Of a stretch of DNA of 33,126 bases, positions 1 to 7,638 are shown in pieces; within the stretch, counting starts at the first letter, position 1, and every line of letters starts with the position of its first letter. The translations under genes and the position numbers were made by a program. A model generated the notes under the pieces. That model did no database searches and was not told the DNA's origin. It saw nothing but the letters and a program-made list of their open reading frames with translations. Origin of the DNA: a virus (lineage: Duplodnaviria; Caudoviricetes); IMG/VR virus record IMGVR_UViG_3300022666_000061, positions 1 to 33,126 of that record; one strand, 5' to 3'.

Positions 1-93
1 GATTCGGTCTGGGCTTCGGTCAGGGATTCGGTCTGGGATTCGGTCAGGGATTCGGTCTGGGCTTCGGTCAGGGATTCGGTCTGGGCTTCGGTC
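1..93 (+). repeat. 12-bp coding tandem repeat (T/A)GG G(A/C)T TCG GTC, 7 full units plus a partial unit
   Basis: Read directly; encodes (W/R)(D/A)SV tetrapeptides. Confidence 0.98.
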
Positions 94-309
94 GGGGTAT
101 ATACTTGTTCGTTTTTCAATCTACCGAGAGAATCCTGGAAATATACGGAGAAAATAGATTGCGAAGGATACCCATTCGAATCTGCCGTCAAGTTGTGGCA
201 AATGGGTTTGGTTCCTTCTTTCGATGGGAAGAAATGGAGATTACACTCAAAGAACGGGGTTGTTTGGGTGGATGAGGTAGGGAGAGCTGGCAAGCAGGTG
301 AAAGCGTGA
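1..309 (+). CDS. 3' part of the WDSV/WASV-repeat protein (5' part at 32656-33126)
   Basis: Frame 1 is open from base 1 to TGA at 307-309: DSVWASVRDSV...GVYTCSFFNLPRESWKY...YPFESAVKLWQMGLVPSFDGKKWRLHSKNG. Confidence 0.88.
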   Translation, partial: DSVWASVRDSVWDSVRDSVWASVRDSVWASVGVYTCSFFNLPRESWKYTEKIDCEGYPFESAVKLWQMGLVPSFDGKKWRLHSKNGVVWVDEVGRAGKQVKA

Positions 310-452
310 GTAAAAACGGCTCAATTATGTTGAGCAGACCGTTCACAACGCGGCTGAACCTGATTAAAGAATTGTCGAACAACAAACCCGCGACCGGGCC
401 AACTACCAGGAAGATCCGGTCACGGGTTGATCACCCGTTTTCAAAGGAATGA
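306..452 (+). CDS. Small hypothetical protein (48 aa), possible leader ORF of the antirepressor
   Basis: GTG overlaps the upstream stop and TGA overlaps ATG 449; the ORF runs through the hairpin region. Confidence 0.4.
   Translation: MSKNGSIMLSRPFTTRLNLIKELSNNKPATGPTTRKIRSRVDHPFSKE
385..441. promoter_or_regulatory. Two mutually exclusive hairpins upstream of the antirepressor gene
   Basis: AACCCGCGACCGG (385-397) pairs with CCGGTCACGGGTT (416-428) at 12/13; alternatively ACGGGT (422-427) pairs with ACCCGT (433-438), followed by a short T run. Confidence 0.55.
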
Positions 453-1261
453 TCCTCTTGTCTTTACCCGTGCCAACCATTCAACTTTTCGAAAATGAAG
501 AGATCCCAATTGTCAATGTTGATGGTAAATATTACCTCCCTGTTCGAGCCATAGCAAAAGTCCTCGATACAGAGTCAGATGCATTGAGGAGAATAATCAC
601 CAGGAATCCTGAGTTATTCGACGGGCTTGTTATGGATGTCATGATGACCTCCATAAAAGGAGAGCGCAATACCGTTTGTTTATCCCGTGATGGTGTCCTG
701 ACATTACTGGCTACAATAGATTACAAGCGTCTACCCGATGAAAAGAAAGAAAGAGTCATCCGTTTCCGCAGGTGGATGATCGAGACAGTCGGGAAAGTTC
801 TTGACGGACAGACGCCCAGCAAACCACAGATCACAGCGGGACAAATCGCGGTTGATTACCTGAACATCGGGCATGCCATGCACACCCTCTATGGTGTCCC
901 ATTAGGCATTGCAGGTGTAGTTTCCCTGAACCTTGCCGAAGATGCATCAGGTATGGACCTCACCGCATACAAGAGAATCCTCCCACCTGCACCAGAGGTT
1001 GACACGCCATACCTCAACGCAACGCAAATAGGCGCAAGAGTCGGGCTTTCTGCCGCTGCTGTCAATCGTTTCCTCTCTATTCAGGGACTCATATACATGG
1101 GCGAGAAGGGCTGGCGCATGACGAAGGAAGGCCATGAATATGGCGGCTCTTTCCCATACGCGAGAAACGGGCATACCGATTACCAGATCAGGTGGAAGGA
1201 GTCTGTTCTCGATCTGTTCCCAGGCGGCAAACAAGCACGGTTAGAGGGGTTGGCATATTGA
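449..1261 (+). CDS. Phage antirepressor-like protein (P22 Ant-N/Bro-like N-domain plus KilAC-like C-domain)
   Basis: N-terminal 'IPIVNVDGKYYLPVRAIAKVL...TVCLSRDGVLTLL'; C-terminal 'LNATQIGARVGLSAAAVNRFL...WRMTKEGHEYG'. Confidence 0.8.
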   Translation: MILLSLPVPTIQLFENEEIPIVNVDGKYYLPVRAIAKVLDTESDALRRIITRNPELFDGLVMDVMMTSIKGERNTVCLSRDGVLTLLATIDYKRLPDEKKERVIRFRRWMIETVGKVLDGQTPSKPQITAGQIAVDYLNIGHAMHTLYGVPLGIAGVVSLNLAEDASGMDLTAYKRILPPAPEVDTPYLNATQIGARVGLSAAAVNRFLSIQGLIYMGEKGWRMTKEGHEYGGSFPYARNGHTDYQIRWKESVLDLFPGGKQARLEGLAY

Positions 1262-1887
1262 TCGCCATACCCTCAACGGTTCGATGCCCGCAGGAAATCC
1301 GTGCAGAGAACCACAAACGCACCCAATCAAGCGTATACAAGTCAAAAGCCTGGAAAGCCGCCAAAGAGAAGTTCCTGAAAGCGTTTCCCACATGTTGCTA
1401 TTGTGGTGAGCCTGCAACCGTTCCGCACCACCCGACCAGGCAGGACTACGGATCACAAGCATACCTTGACGAAATCATGGCCTGTGAGCCTGTATGTCGA
1501 GGCTGTCACCTCGGTATCGAGTCCGGCAAGCACATGTGCGCCGGTTGCGGCAAGCACTGGACGAAGTATGATCTGTGCCAGCAGTGCAATCCAAACGCCT
1601 ACCGGCAGATGAACAATGAACGCCGCAGGCAGCAAGAGGAAAGAAAAGAGGCATTCCGGCAGGAAGTCATTCGACTTATTCACGCTCACAGGAACGGGAT
1701 CTATGTCTATGTAGACGAGATGTGCCAGCTTGTAGAAGAGCACCCTAAACAATACCCGCTGCTGTCGAAGTTCAAACCGAGCGGCAAACACTATAAGATC
1801 GCAAAAACGCTTCGGACTCTCGGCGCTGAAAAAACCCGCAGGAACCACCACTGCAAGACGTGGGTGCTTCGGAGGCTGAATCTGTGA
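1258..1887 (+). CDS. HNH endonuclease with an additional Zn ribbon
   Basis: 'YKSKAWK..KEKFL...CCYCG...VPHH...VCRGCH' then CAGC..CQQC; TTG start overlaps the upstream stop (ORF track starts at 1192). Confidence 0.75.
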   Translation: MIAIPSTVRCPQEIRAENHKRTQSSVYKSKAWKAAKEKFLKAFPTCCYCGEPATVPHHPTRQDYGSQAYLDEIMACEPVCRGCHLGIESGKHMCAGCGKHWTKYDLCQQCNPNAYRQMNNERRRQQEERKEAFRQEVIRLIHAHRNGIYVYVDEMCQLVEEHPKQYPLLSKFKPSGKHYKIAKTLRTLGAEKTRRNHHCKTWVLRRLNL

Positions 1888-2240
1888 CTCTCACAGAATG
1901 CGGCTCTGCTTACCTCGGTAAGGGCTCTTCGCTTGAGATCCGAGTCCCAGGAAGAACTCTCACCGTGAGCAACAAAGCCGTGAAAGAAGTGCTTCAGAAT
2001 CCTATAAAAACGGTTGATCTTACTGAAAGCACCGGAGTTACAACTCTGGAAGATTTCGGCTCGACACAGCAGCGGGTTGTCGGCATGTGCAAGCAGAGTA
2101 GACCAGGGAAGGCTTTGCTGGCGATTTACGAGGGCGTGACTTACGTCCTGCCCAGGCATAGGGTAGAGGCTCTTATGAGGCTGCAGGAATGCACTATGGC
2201 CGTCTCGCGGATCGACGGTATACAGGAAGTGATCTCGTGA
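1884..2240 (+). CDS. Hypothetical protein
   Basis: GTGA-coupled ORF in the early operon. Confidence 0.65.
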   Translation: MTLTECGSAYLGKGSSLEIRVPGRTLTVSNKAVKEVLQNPIKTVDLTESTGVTTLEDFGSTQQRVVGMCKQSRPGKALLAIYEGVTYVLPRHRVEALMRLQECTMAVSRIDGIQEVIS

Positions 2241-2506
2241 GCCTGCACCGTTTTCGCAATCACGACGAGATCCTGCAAGAGATTGAAACGCTCATTGAGC
2301 AAGAGAAGATCCTCTGCGTCAGAGCCAGAAGAGTCTACCGGGCAGCCGTGCAGAACCCGGACGTTGCCCCGTTTCTTTCTCAACAGAGCTACCAGAGAGG
2401 CACGATCTACGTGTCAATGACGCTGCTGAACGAAGGCTGGACGAATATTTCCGACACTCAAGTCGGGATCTGGGAAAAGCCGGTTGGCTGCAAGGTGAGA
2501 GCGTGA
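2237..2506 (+). CDS. Hypothetical protein
   Basis: GTGA overlaps at both ends. Confidence 0.65.
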   Translation: MSLHRFRNHDEILQEIETLIEQEKILCVRARRVYRAAVQNPDVAPFLSQQSYQRGTIYVSMTLLNEGWTNISDTQVGIWEKPVGCKVRA

Positions 2507-2697
2507 CGCAATCCTGCGACAATTGCCTGCATAGCCGAATGGGTCCGGAAGAGATCCAGGTATGCGTTCATGACTCCGCACGGTTTTTCTGCCCTATTCA
2601 TACCTGGAATGCGTTCGGTGGCTGTCCGGTTGGCAGGGTAATGGTTCACTGCACCGGGAAAGGGCTGTGGCAAAAGAAAGGGGTGGCTGCTGAATGA
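2503..2697 (+). CDS. Small Cys-rich protein
   Basis: CDNC motif and further Cys residues; coupled start and stop. Confidence 0.6.
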   Translation: MTQSCDNCLHSRMGPEEIQVCVHDSARFFCPIHTWNAFGGCPVGRVMVHCTGKGLWQKKGVAAE

Positions 2698-2864
2698 CAA
2701 TCTCTCACACATTCTCTTGGCAGTGTCCTGTCTGCAAAACTGTGCATGGTTGGACCTGGGACAAAGGGGACGTCCCCATTGTTGGGCAGACGATCACCAT
2801 GCACTGTCCGGCCTGTGACAACAAGACGTTCATGTCCTGCGTTTTGGTGAGGGCTTCAGTATGA
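2694..2864 (+). CDS. Zn-ribbon protein (56 aa, not in ORF track)
   Basis: MTISHTFSWQCPVCK...MHCPACDNK; ATGA overlaps on both sides. Confidence 0.7.
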   Translation: MTISHTFSWQCPVCKTVHGWTWDKGDVPIVGQTITMHCPACDNKTFMSCVLVRASV

Positions 2865-3211
2865 CGCCGCGTTCCGGGAAAGCCAAAGGAAGACGGCTTC
2901 AGAATGAAGTCGTGGACAAGATCAGAGAGATCTTCGGCTGTCACGAGGACGACTGCAAGCCCGCGATCATGGGCGAGTCTGGCAGAGATGTGAAGTTGTC
3001 GCCTGCAATGCAGGAAAGATTTCCCTATTCGATCGAGTGCAAAAACACCGAGAGAATAGCAATCTGGCAGGCAATCGAGCAGGCAGAGAAGAACGCCAAC
3101 GGCCTGACACCTGTCTTGTTCTTCAAGCGGAATCGCTCTAAAACATTCGTGATTCTGCCTGAAGAAGAGTTCTTGAGCCTTGCTAAAATGCGGGACTGGG
3201 TGAGGGAATGA
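2861..3211 (+). CDS. Holliday junction resolvase-like PD-(D/E)XK nuclease
   Basis: 'KAKGRRLQNEV...GESGRDV...YSIECKNTE...WQAIEQA...PVLFFKRNRS' matches the viral Hjc-like pattern. Confidence 0.8.
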   Translation: MTPRSGKAKGRRLQNEVVDKIREIFGCHEDDCKPAIMGESGRDVKLSPAMQERFPYSIECKNTERIAIWQAIEQAEKNANGLTPVLFFKRNRSKTFVILPEEEFLSLAKMRDWVRE

Positions 3212-3603
3212 AGCAGCACGTTCACCATATTGATTGCGATCCAACGAATGACCGCGAATACAACCTTATTGCAGTCGATCAACTCACTCACAAGAGACTG
3301 CATGAACAATTATATTTGTTGTTCGATTCCTGGAACCTGGGAAATAGGAAATCCAAGCATTATTATTTTTATTTGCAGCATTTCTTGAATACCGGAGATT
3401 TAGTATTTGATCGGGATGTCCCGGAATATCGCTTCTATCCAATACCAGGTGGTGCGCTCGATCAATATAGGATCAAAGTCGAGAGCACCGGCTTGATCTT
3501 ACCATTGAGAATTGATCACCAGCAGCAGGTAGACAACCTAAAAACCAGACTAAAAGCACTAAATGAACTGACCGCTGCCGTTTTTGCGGGGTATGTAGAA
3601 TGA
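3208..3603 (+). CDS. HNH endonuclease (HNH_3-like, N-terminal motif)
   Basis: 'HVHHIDCDPTNDREYNLIAVDQLTHKRLH'. Confidence 0.75.
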   Translation: MKQHVHHIDCDPTNDREYNLIAVDQLTHKRLHEQLYLLFDSWNLGNRKSKHYYFYLQHFLNTGDLVFDRDVPEYRFYPIPGGALDQYRIKVESTGLILPLRIDHQQQVDNLKTRLKALNELTAAVFAGYVE

Positions 3604-3609
3604 GGTTAT

Positions 3610-3726
3610 TTTCGTGTATTACATGTATATTCCTACTTACTTACTTACTTAGATTTAGTGTATTACATGTACTGTACTACACAAAATTCACCGGGTTGTG
3701 GGTTTCGTGTAATACACGTAATACAG
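3610..3726. repeat. AT-rich iteron-like repeat cluster, candidate replication origin or operator
   Basis: GTGTATTACATGTA at 3614-3627 and 3658-3671; (TACT)4 at 3634-3649; palindromic GTGTAATACAC at 3707-3717; GTAATAC again at 3718-3724. Confidence 0.7.
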
Positions 3727-3742
3727 TAAATGTGGTGATCGT

Positions 3743-4105
3743 ATGAGGGGCCGTCCTCGGACCTCTGATCACAAGTGGCGGCGCTCAATAGCCGTTTCTA
3801 TACCTCATAATTATGCCATTCTTTTAGACGCTACTGGCTGGAGTCCATCGGAAATATTCATGGAAGGGTTCAAGGCCAGATTGGACGCTCTCACAAAAAC
3901 ACCTGAAAAATATGTCTTAGCAGTGATCGAAGACATTGAAAGCCAGATTTCAGAACTTCAGAAACAGCAAGAATCCTGTGAGAAATTCCTGAAAAGTCCA
4001 ATCCAGAGAATGATCAAAATCAAGGATGAATTCGGGGAAGAATGGACAATCAAAGAATCAGAGTATGATCCAAAATCGCACAAACTATTGGAAGTGGTAA
4101 CGTGA
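3743..4105 (+). CDS. Putative DNA-binding protein (RHH-like N-terminus plus coiled coil)
   Basis: 'RGRPR...SIAVSIP...LLDATGWSPSEIFMEG'; GGTGA RBS upstream. Confidence 0.55.
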   Translation: MRGRPRTSDHKWRRSIAVSIPHNYAILLDATGWSPSEIFMEGFKARLDALTKTPEKYVLAVIEDIESQISELQKQQESCEKFLKSPIQRMIKIKDEFGEEWTIKESEYDPKSHKLLEVVT

Positions 4106-4248
4106 CCCAGCGAGAACTCATAGGCCAAACCCTGCGCACGGTGGTATGTCCCAAGTGCCAGGGAGAAATGGTGAGTGCAGCGAAGAAAAACAAACAATGC
4201 CCGTTCTGCGGGAAATGGTTCAATCCAAGCAAGAGGGAAAAGAAATGA
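4102..4248 (+). CDS. Zn-ribbon protein (48 aa)
   Basis: CPKC...CPFCG; coupled start and stop. Confidence 0.7.
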   Translation: MTQRELIGQTLRTVVCPKCQGEMVSAAKKNKQCPFCGKWFNPSKREKK

Positions 4249-4593
4249 CCGCACTCTCCGGGTACCATGCCCATTTTGTTGATGCGATCATCCACCCACA
4301 AATGCCGCATGTAACGATCACGTTCATCTGCGAGCGGTGCAAGTCTCCGAACATGATCCTGACTGCCATCGGCACAGGGCACAAAAAAATGGTGGATCAG
4401 GACGTGTATCTTTCCACTGAGTACATCTTCCGCTGCCTTGACTGCAACGCTATCGAGATGGATCAGATCATCACGTTCATCCCGTCATGGGTCGCCTCAC
4501 AGCATCGGGCAGCAATCGACCGTGCAGAAGGCCGGTTCCCGAGCGGACCCGACAGTTACTGGGAGGAGTTGCAGAAGAGGGAAAAGAAATGAC
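4231..4593 (+). repeat. 19-bp direct repeat pair AAGAGGGAAAAGAAATGAC (4231-4249, 4575-4593) bracketing one gene
   Basis: Exact match read directly; both upstream ORFs end in KREKK*. Confidence 0.95.
4245..4592 (+). CDS. Zn-binding hypothetical protein
   Basis: CERC and CLDC motifs; ATG overlaps the upstream stop. Confidence 0.7.
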   Translation: MTALSGYHAHFVDAIIHPQMPHVTITFICERCKSPNMILTAIGTGHKKMVDQDVYLSTEYIFRCLDCNAIEMDQIITFIPSWVASQHRAAIDRAEGRFPSGPDSYWEELQKREKK

Positions 4594-4951
4594 TGACGAA
4601 CCTATTTTTCATGCTGTCCGAATGGCATTCCACGAAGAGCGGGAATCGCCAGGACTCGTAGAACTGCCGGACAGGCTCAAAGAGCAGGTGTCAGAGGCGA
4701 TCAACAAACTGAAACAGGACTACCTGCAAGCAAAAGACAACGACGAGAGAGAAGCCATCCTCGCAGACACAGACGCACTTTTGGCGGCTTCTGAAGATCT
4801 CTGGGCACTGCGGCTGAACAAGATCCTGAAACGGGCTGAATACTCTGCGAGAGCCGACAGCGTTGAGACTGACAGCCTGACTGAAGAGGAACGAATACTT
4901 TACCTCGGCGTTTTTGGTGGGGCATGTGCGTATCTGAAGGTGCAGCCATGA
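4589..4951 (+). CDS. GINS (Gins51/Gins15-type) A-domain-only protein
   Basis: 'EERESPGLVELP...VSEAINKL...LRLNKILKRA...DSLTEEERILY' matches the archaeal GINS helical A-domain pattern; no C-terminal B-domain. Confidence 0.75.
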   Translation: MTDEPIFHAVRMAFHEERESPGLVELPDRLKEQVSEAINKLKQDYLQAKDNDEREAILADTDALLAASEDLWALRLNKILKRAEYSARADSVETDSLTEEERILYLGVFGGACAYLKVQP

Positions 4952-5646
4952 ATAAGTCCGCGATAGAATGGTGTCATTATACCTGGAATCCTATTACCGG
5001 TTGTCTTCACGGATGCCCATACTGCTATGCCCGGAAGATAGCGACCAGGTTCAAAGGGACAAAGGCATGGCCTAACGGCTTTGAACCCACTTGGCATCCA
5101 GAACGACTTCCACAACCTGCAAAAGTGGCCAAACCATCAAGAGTCTTTGTTGGATCAGTGACGGATTTGTTTGGGGATTGGGTGGATCCAAACTGGATTC
5201 TCGAAGTTTTCTGTATGATGACGAAATGCGACTGGCATAAATACCTGATATTGACGAAGAACCCAGCAAGGATCAGCGACCTCCTCTATGGTCCACCCGG
5301 ATATTATTTCGGAACGGGTGATTTCATGGATAACGTCTGGCTCGGGACTTCGGTGACTTGTCAGGATGATGTTCACCGGATCAAAACGCTGAAAAAACAG
5401 GCATGGGCATGGCACAAATTTGTCAGTTTCGAACCGCTTCTGGGGCATATTGATTGCGATCTCACCGGGATCGAATGGATCATAATCGGGGCACAAACCA
5501 ATCCGACAATTGAAGTGGATCCAGAATGGCTCAACACCATTGTTGAATCTGCAAATCAAGCAGGCATTCCTGTGTTCTTCAAGGACAGTTTGCAGCGGTA
5601 TAGTACACTGCAGGAATATCCGGATGGGTTGAAGGTGCAGCCATGA
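4935..5646 (+). repeat. 17-bp direct repeat pair TGAAGGTGCAGCCATGA (4935-4951, 5630-5646) bracketing the DUF5131 gene
   Basis: Exact match; both ORFs end in LKVQP*. Confidence 0.95.
4948..5646 (+). CDS. DUF5131 / phage Gp37-Gp68 family radical-SAM-like protein
   Basis: 'SAIEWCHYTWNPITGCLHGCPYCYA', 'LILTKNP', 'NVWLGTSV', 'FVSFEPLLG', 'IPVFFK'. Confidence 0.92.
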   Translation: MNKSAIEWCHYTWNPITGCLHGCPYCYARKIATRFKGTKAWPNGFEPTWHPERLPQPAKVAKPSRVFVGSVTDLFGDWVDPNWILEVFCMMTKCDWHKYLILTKNPARISDLLYGPPGYYFGTGDFMDNVWLGTSVTCQDDVHRIKTLKKQAWAWHKFVSFEPLLGHIDCDLTGIEWIIIGAQTNPTIEVDPEWLNTIVESANQAGIPVFFKDSLQRYSTLQEYPDGLKVQP

Positions 5647-5825
5647 GGAAAACACTCGCTGCGTATAGACTGTTCATGGAAGTGGTTGAATTTTACCGCA
5701 AGGATTATCCCAATGACAAAATCGGGCAGGATGCTCCAGGCTGCATTTCATTCACCTGCAAAGAGGAAATAGGTGATTTCGTTGTAAGGAGAGAGTGCAT
5801 CATTCAAATAGAGGCGAAAGAATGA
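5643..5825 (+). CDS. Hypothetical protein
   Basis: ATGA-coupled 60-aa ORF. Confidence 0.6.
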   Translation: MRKTLAAYRLFMEVVEFYRKDYPNDKIGQDAPGCISFTCKEEIGDFVVRRECIIQIEAKE

Positions 5826-5977
5826 CAAAATGGGTATGTAATAAGTGCAAACGCAAGGCTTGTAAATATAATGATAGGCTCGATCTGGATATAAATAACG
5901 AAATAACACCGTCAAAATGCCCACATACAACCGGATATGGTGAAAGTAGTAATGCCGATTGGAGGAAGAAAGAATGA
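5822..5977 (+). CDS. Small Cys-rich protein, AT-rich, flanked by GAAAGAATGA repeats
   Basis: MTKWVCNKC...C...PSKCP...ADW; 10-bp repeats at 5816-5825 and 5968-5977. Confidence 0.65.
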   Translation: MTKWVCNKCKRKACKYNDRLDLDINNEITPSKCPHTTGYGESSNADWRKKE

Positions 5978-6327
5978 GCAACGTGGAGGAATTTGTTACT
6001 GCTCACAACTGTGGAAACTGCGGGCATTATGAACGGTGTGGAAATCCGAAGGGAACCAACGCGGTATGCACTATGTGGAAGCCTATGCCATGTTTTCATA
6101 GATTTGTTTATGATTTTGGTGGAATGCTATACACGTTCACAGGGGATTTTAATAAGATTGTGGGAAAATGTGAGAATTGTGGGAAACAAATAACCTTCGT
6201 CCGCGCCAAGTCCTGTAAAAGTTGTAAGTCATGGATGGAAAATTATGCCGCGGGATGCAGCAAACGCAACGGCATGAAGTTTGCGACCGAATTTGATTAC
6301 TGTTCACGGTGGGAGGAGATGTCGTGA
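5974..6327 (+). CDS. Cys-rich Zn-finger protein
   Basis: CGNC, CENC and CKSC motifs. Confidence 0.65.
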   Translation: MSNVEEFVTAHNCGNCGHYERCGNPKGTNAVCTMWKPMPCFHRFVYDFGGMLYTFTGDFNKIVGKCENCGKQITFVRAKSCKSCKSWMENYAAGCSKRNGMKFATEFDYCSRWEEMS

Positions 6328-6617
6328 GAGCTCACCCTCGCTATACCTCACCCGGCCTGGAAGTCGGCAGGACTGTAATCGAGCCGGGCGACGCAATCGA
6401 AATAATCGGGACCTACACCAGAGAGAACATTAAGCGGGCTTGGCGTCTGATCGGGCAATGTCATGCTGTCAGGATCTCAACAAAAACAATGACGCAGGAC
6501 GGACTTGATCTGAACGTGCTGGTGGTTCAGGACGCTGACTCATACGCTGACGCGGTATTAGTCGCACCGCTTGAAATCGTGCCTGAAGAACCGGAAGCTG
6601 GGGAGATGATGGGATGA
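6324..6617 (+). CDS. Hypothetical protein, weak resemblance to a single sliding-clamp subdomain
   Basis: 'GTYTRENIKRAWRLIG...VRIS...VLVV...AVLVAPLE'. Confidence 0.55.
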   Translation: MRAHPRYTSPGLEVGRTVIEPGDAIEIIGTYTRENIKRAWRLIGQCHAVRISTKTMTQDGLDLNVLVVQDADSYADAVLVAPLEIVPEEPEAGEMMG

Positions 6618-6748
6618 ACATTCAGGAAGTCTACGTGGAATACAAGCACCTCGACAAACTTCTGTCAGACAGCGAGTTCATGACAGGAACATTCCCTGGA
6701 ATCTGCCACGATCTGTGGATGGCGATCAAAGAAGAGGTGGCTGATTGA
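6614..6748 (+). CDS. Hypothetical protein (44 aa)
   Basis: Coupled on both sides; ends over a GAGGTGG RBS. Confidence 0.6.
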   Translation: MNIQEVYVEYKHLDKLLSDSEFMTGTFPGICHDLWMAIKEEVAD

Positions 6749-6957
6749 ACGGCACCTGGATGGCAAGCAGTAGGCACATCAACGGGAAAGCCCACTTTTT
6801 CGCTGAAGGAAAAGACACTTCACTCTGTGGCAAAATGCAAACAGTCAACCGCTACCGCCAGACAATACCACTTGAGAACTGGGACATAGCCAGCGAATAT
6901 ACCTGTCCTGTGTGCCGGGCTTATTTAGTATGGAAAGCCAGAGAGGTTAGGACATGA
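6745..6957 (+). CDS. Small Zn-finger protein
   Basis: 'KAHFF...SLCGK...CPVC'. Confidence 0.65.
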   Translation: MNGTWMASSRHINGKAHFFAEGKDTSLCGKMQTVNRYRQTIPLENWDIASEYTCPVCRAYLVWKAREVRT

Positions 6958-7241
6958 AGACATATTGCCAAAATTGCGGGTGTGAATTTGAAGACGCAAA
7001 TTTAAATTCATTGCCTGTTCTGGTTGCATCGGGCGTATACTCTGAAGAAGAGTTGAAAAACATTGTGGCGCCATCGTCATATTGCGACGATTGCGAATTG
7101 GAGGCTGCCAGATTACAGGAAATATTACGGGACATTGTTCACTGCGTCAGCAAACAAAACGAAATCGCAATGAGACGGTTTGCCAAGCGCAAAAATCAAA
7201 CAAATCTGATGAAAGCACGGGAAGAGGTCTCTCAACAATAA
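6954..7241 (+). CDS. Zn-finger protein, last gene of the early operon
   Basis: CQNC and CDDC motifs; followed by a T-rich tract. Confidence 0.65.
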   Translation: MKTYCQNCGCEFEDANLNSLPVLVASGVYSEEELKNIVAPSSYCDDCELEAARLQEILRDIVHCVSKQNEIAMRRFAKRKNQTNLMKAREEVSQQ

Positions 7242-7310
7242 TATTTTTATTTGCTGGTTATAGAAAGTTATTTATAATGATAGATATAATACAGATATTG
7301 TAACAGGTGA
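7242..7310 (+). promoter_or_regulatory. T-rich terminator followed by a BRE/TATA-like promoter and RBS
   Basis: TTTTTATTT, then AGAAAGTTATTTATAA, then AGGTGA before ATG 7316. Confidence 0.65.
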
Positions 7311-7315
7311 GAACG

Positions 7316-7606
7316 ATGCAGGATAAATCAAAAATTGGACAGACGAGCGCGAGTCGTGACATGAAAACGCCTGAGATCTCGAATGCGGTGAATGACTACC
7401 GCGTTCTATTCCTTCGTGAATATGAGAAGGCCAGAGAATCAGATGAATCGGTGTGGATGATCATGATCGGAAAAGTCTTTGAACTTCGTGGAAATGCGAT
7501 TCTCGGGCATTGGGAGCGCGACGAATTCGTCGCGGCTGTAAACGGTGCGGGTTTAAGTATCGCATACAAATACGCTGGAGTTTCAGGGAAATATGCTCCG
7601 GTGTGA
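7316..7606 (+). CDS. Hypothetical protein in accessory unit
   Basis: Own promoter and RBS. Confidence 0.6.
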   Translation: MQDKSKIGQTSASRDMKTPEISNAVNDYRVLFLREYEKARESDESVWMIMIGKVFELRGNAILGHWERDEFVAAVNGAGLSIAYKYAGVSGKYAPV

Positions 7607-7638
7607 GATTAGAAAACGAATTTTTGGGATGGGTAAAA

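Noticed and set aside
1-93. Terminal repeats as a CRISPR array or telomere
   Set aside because: Units are 12 bp, contiguous with no spacers, and lie in frame within a protein that continues on both sides.
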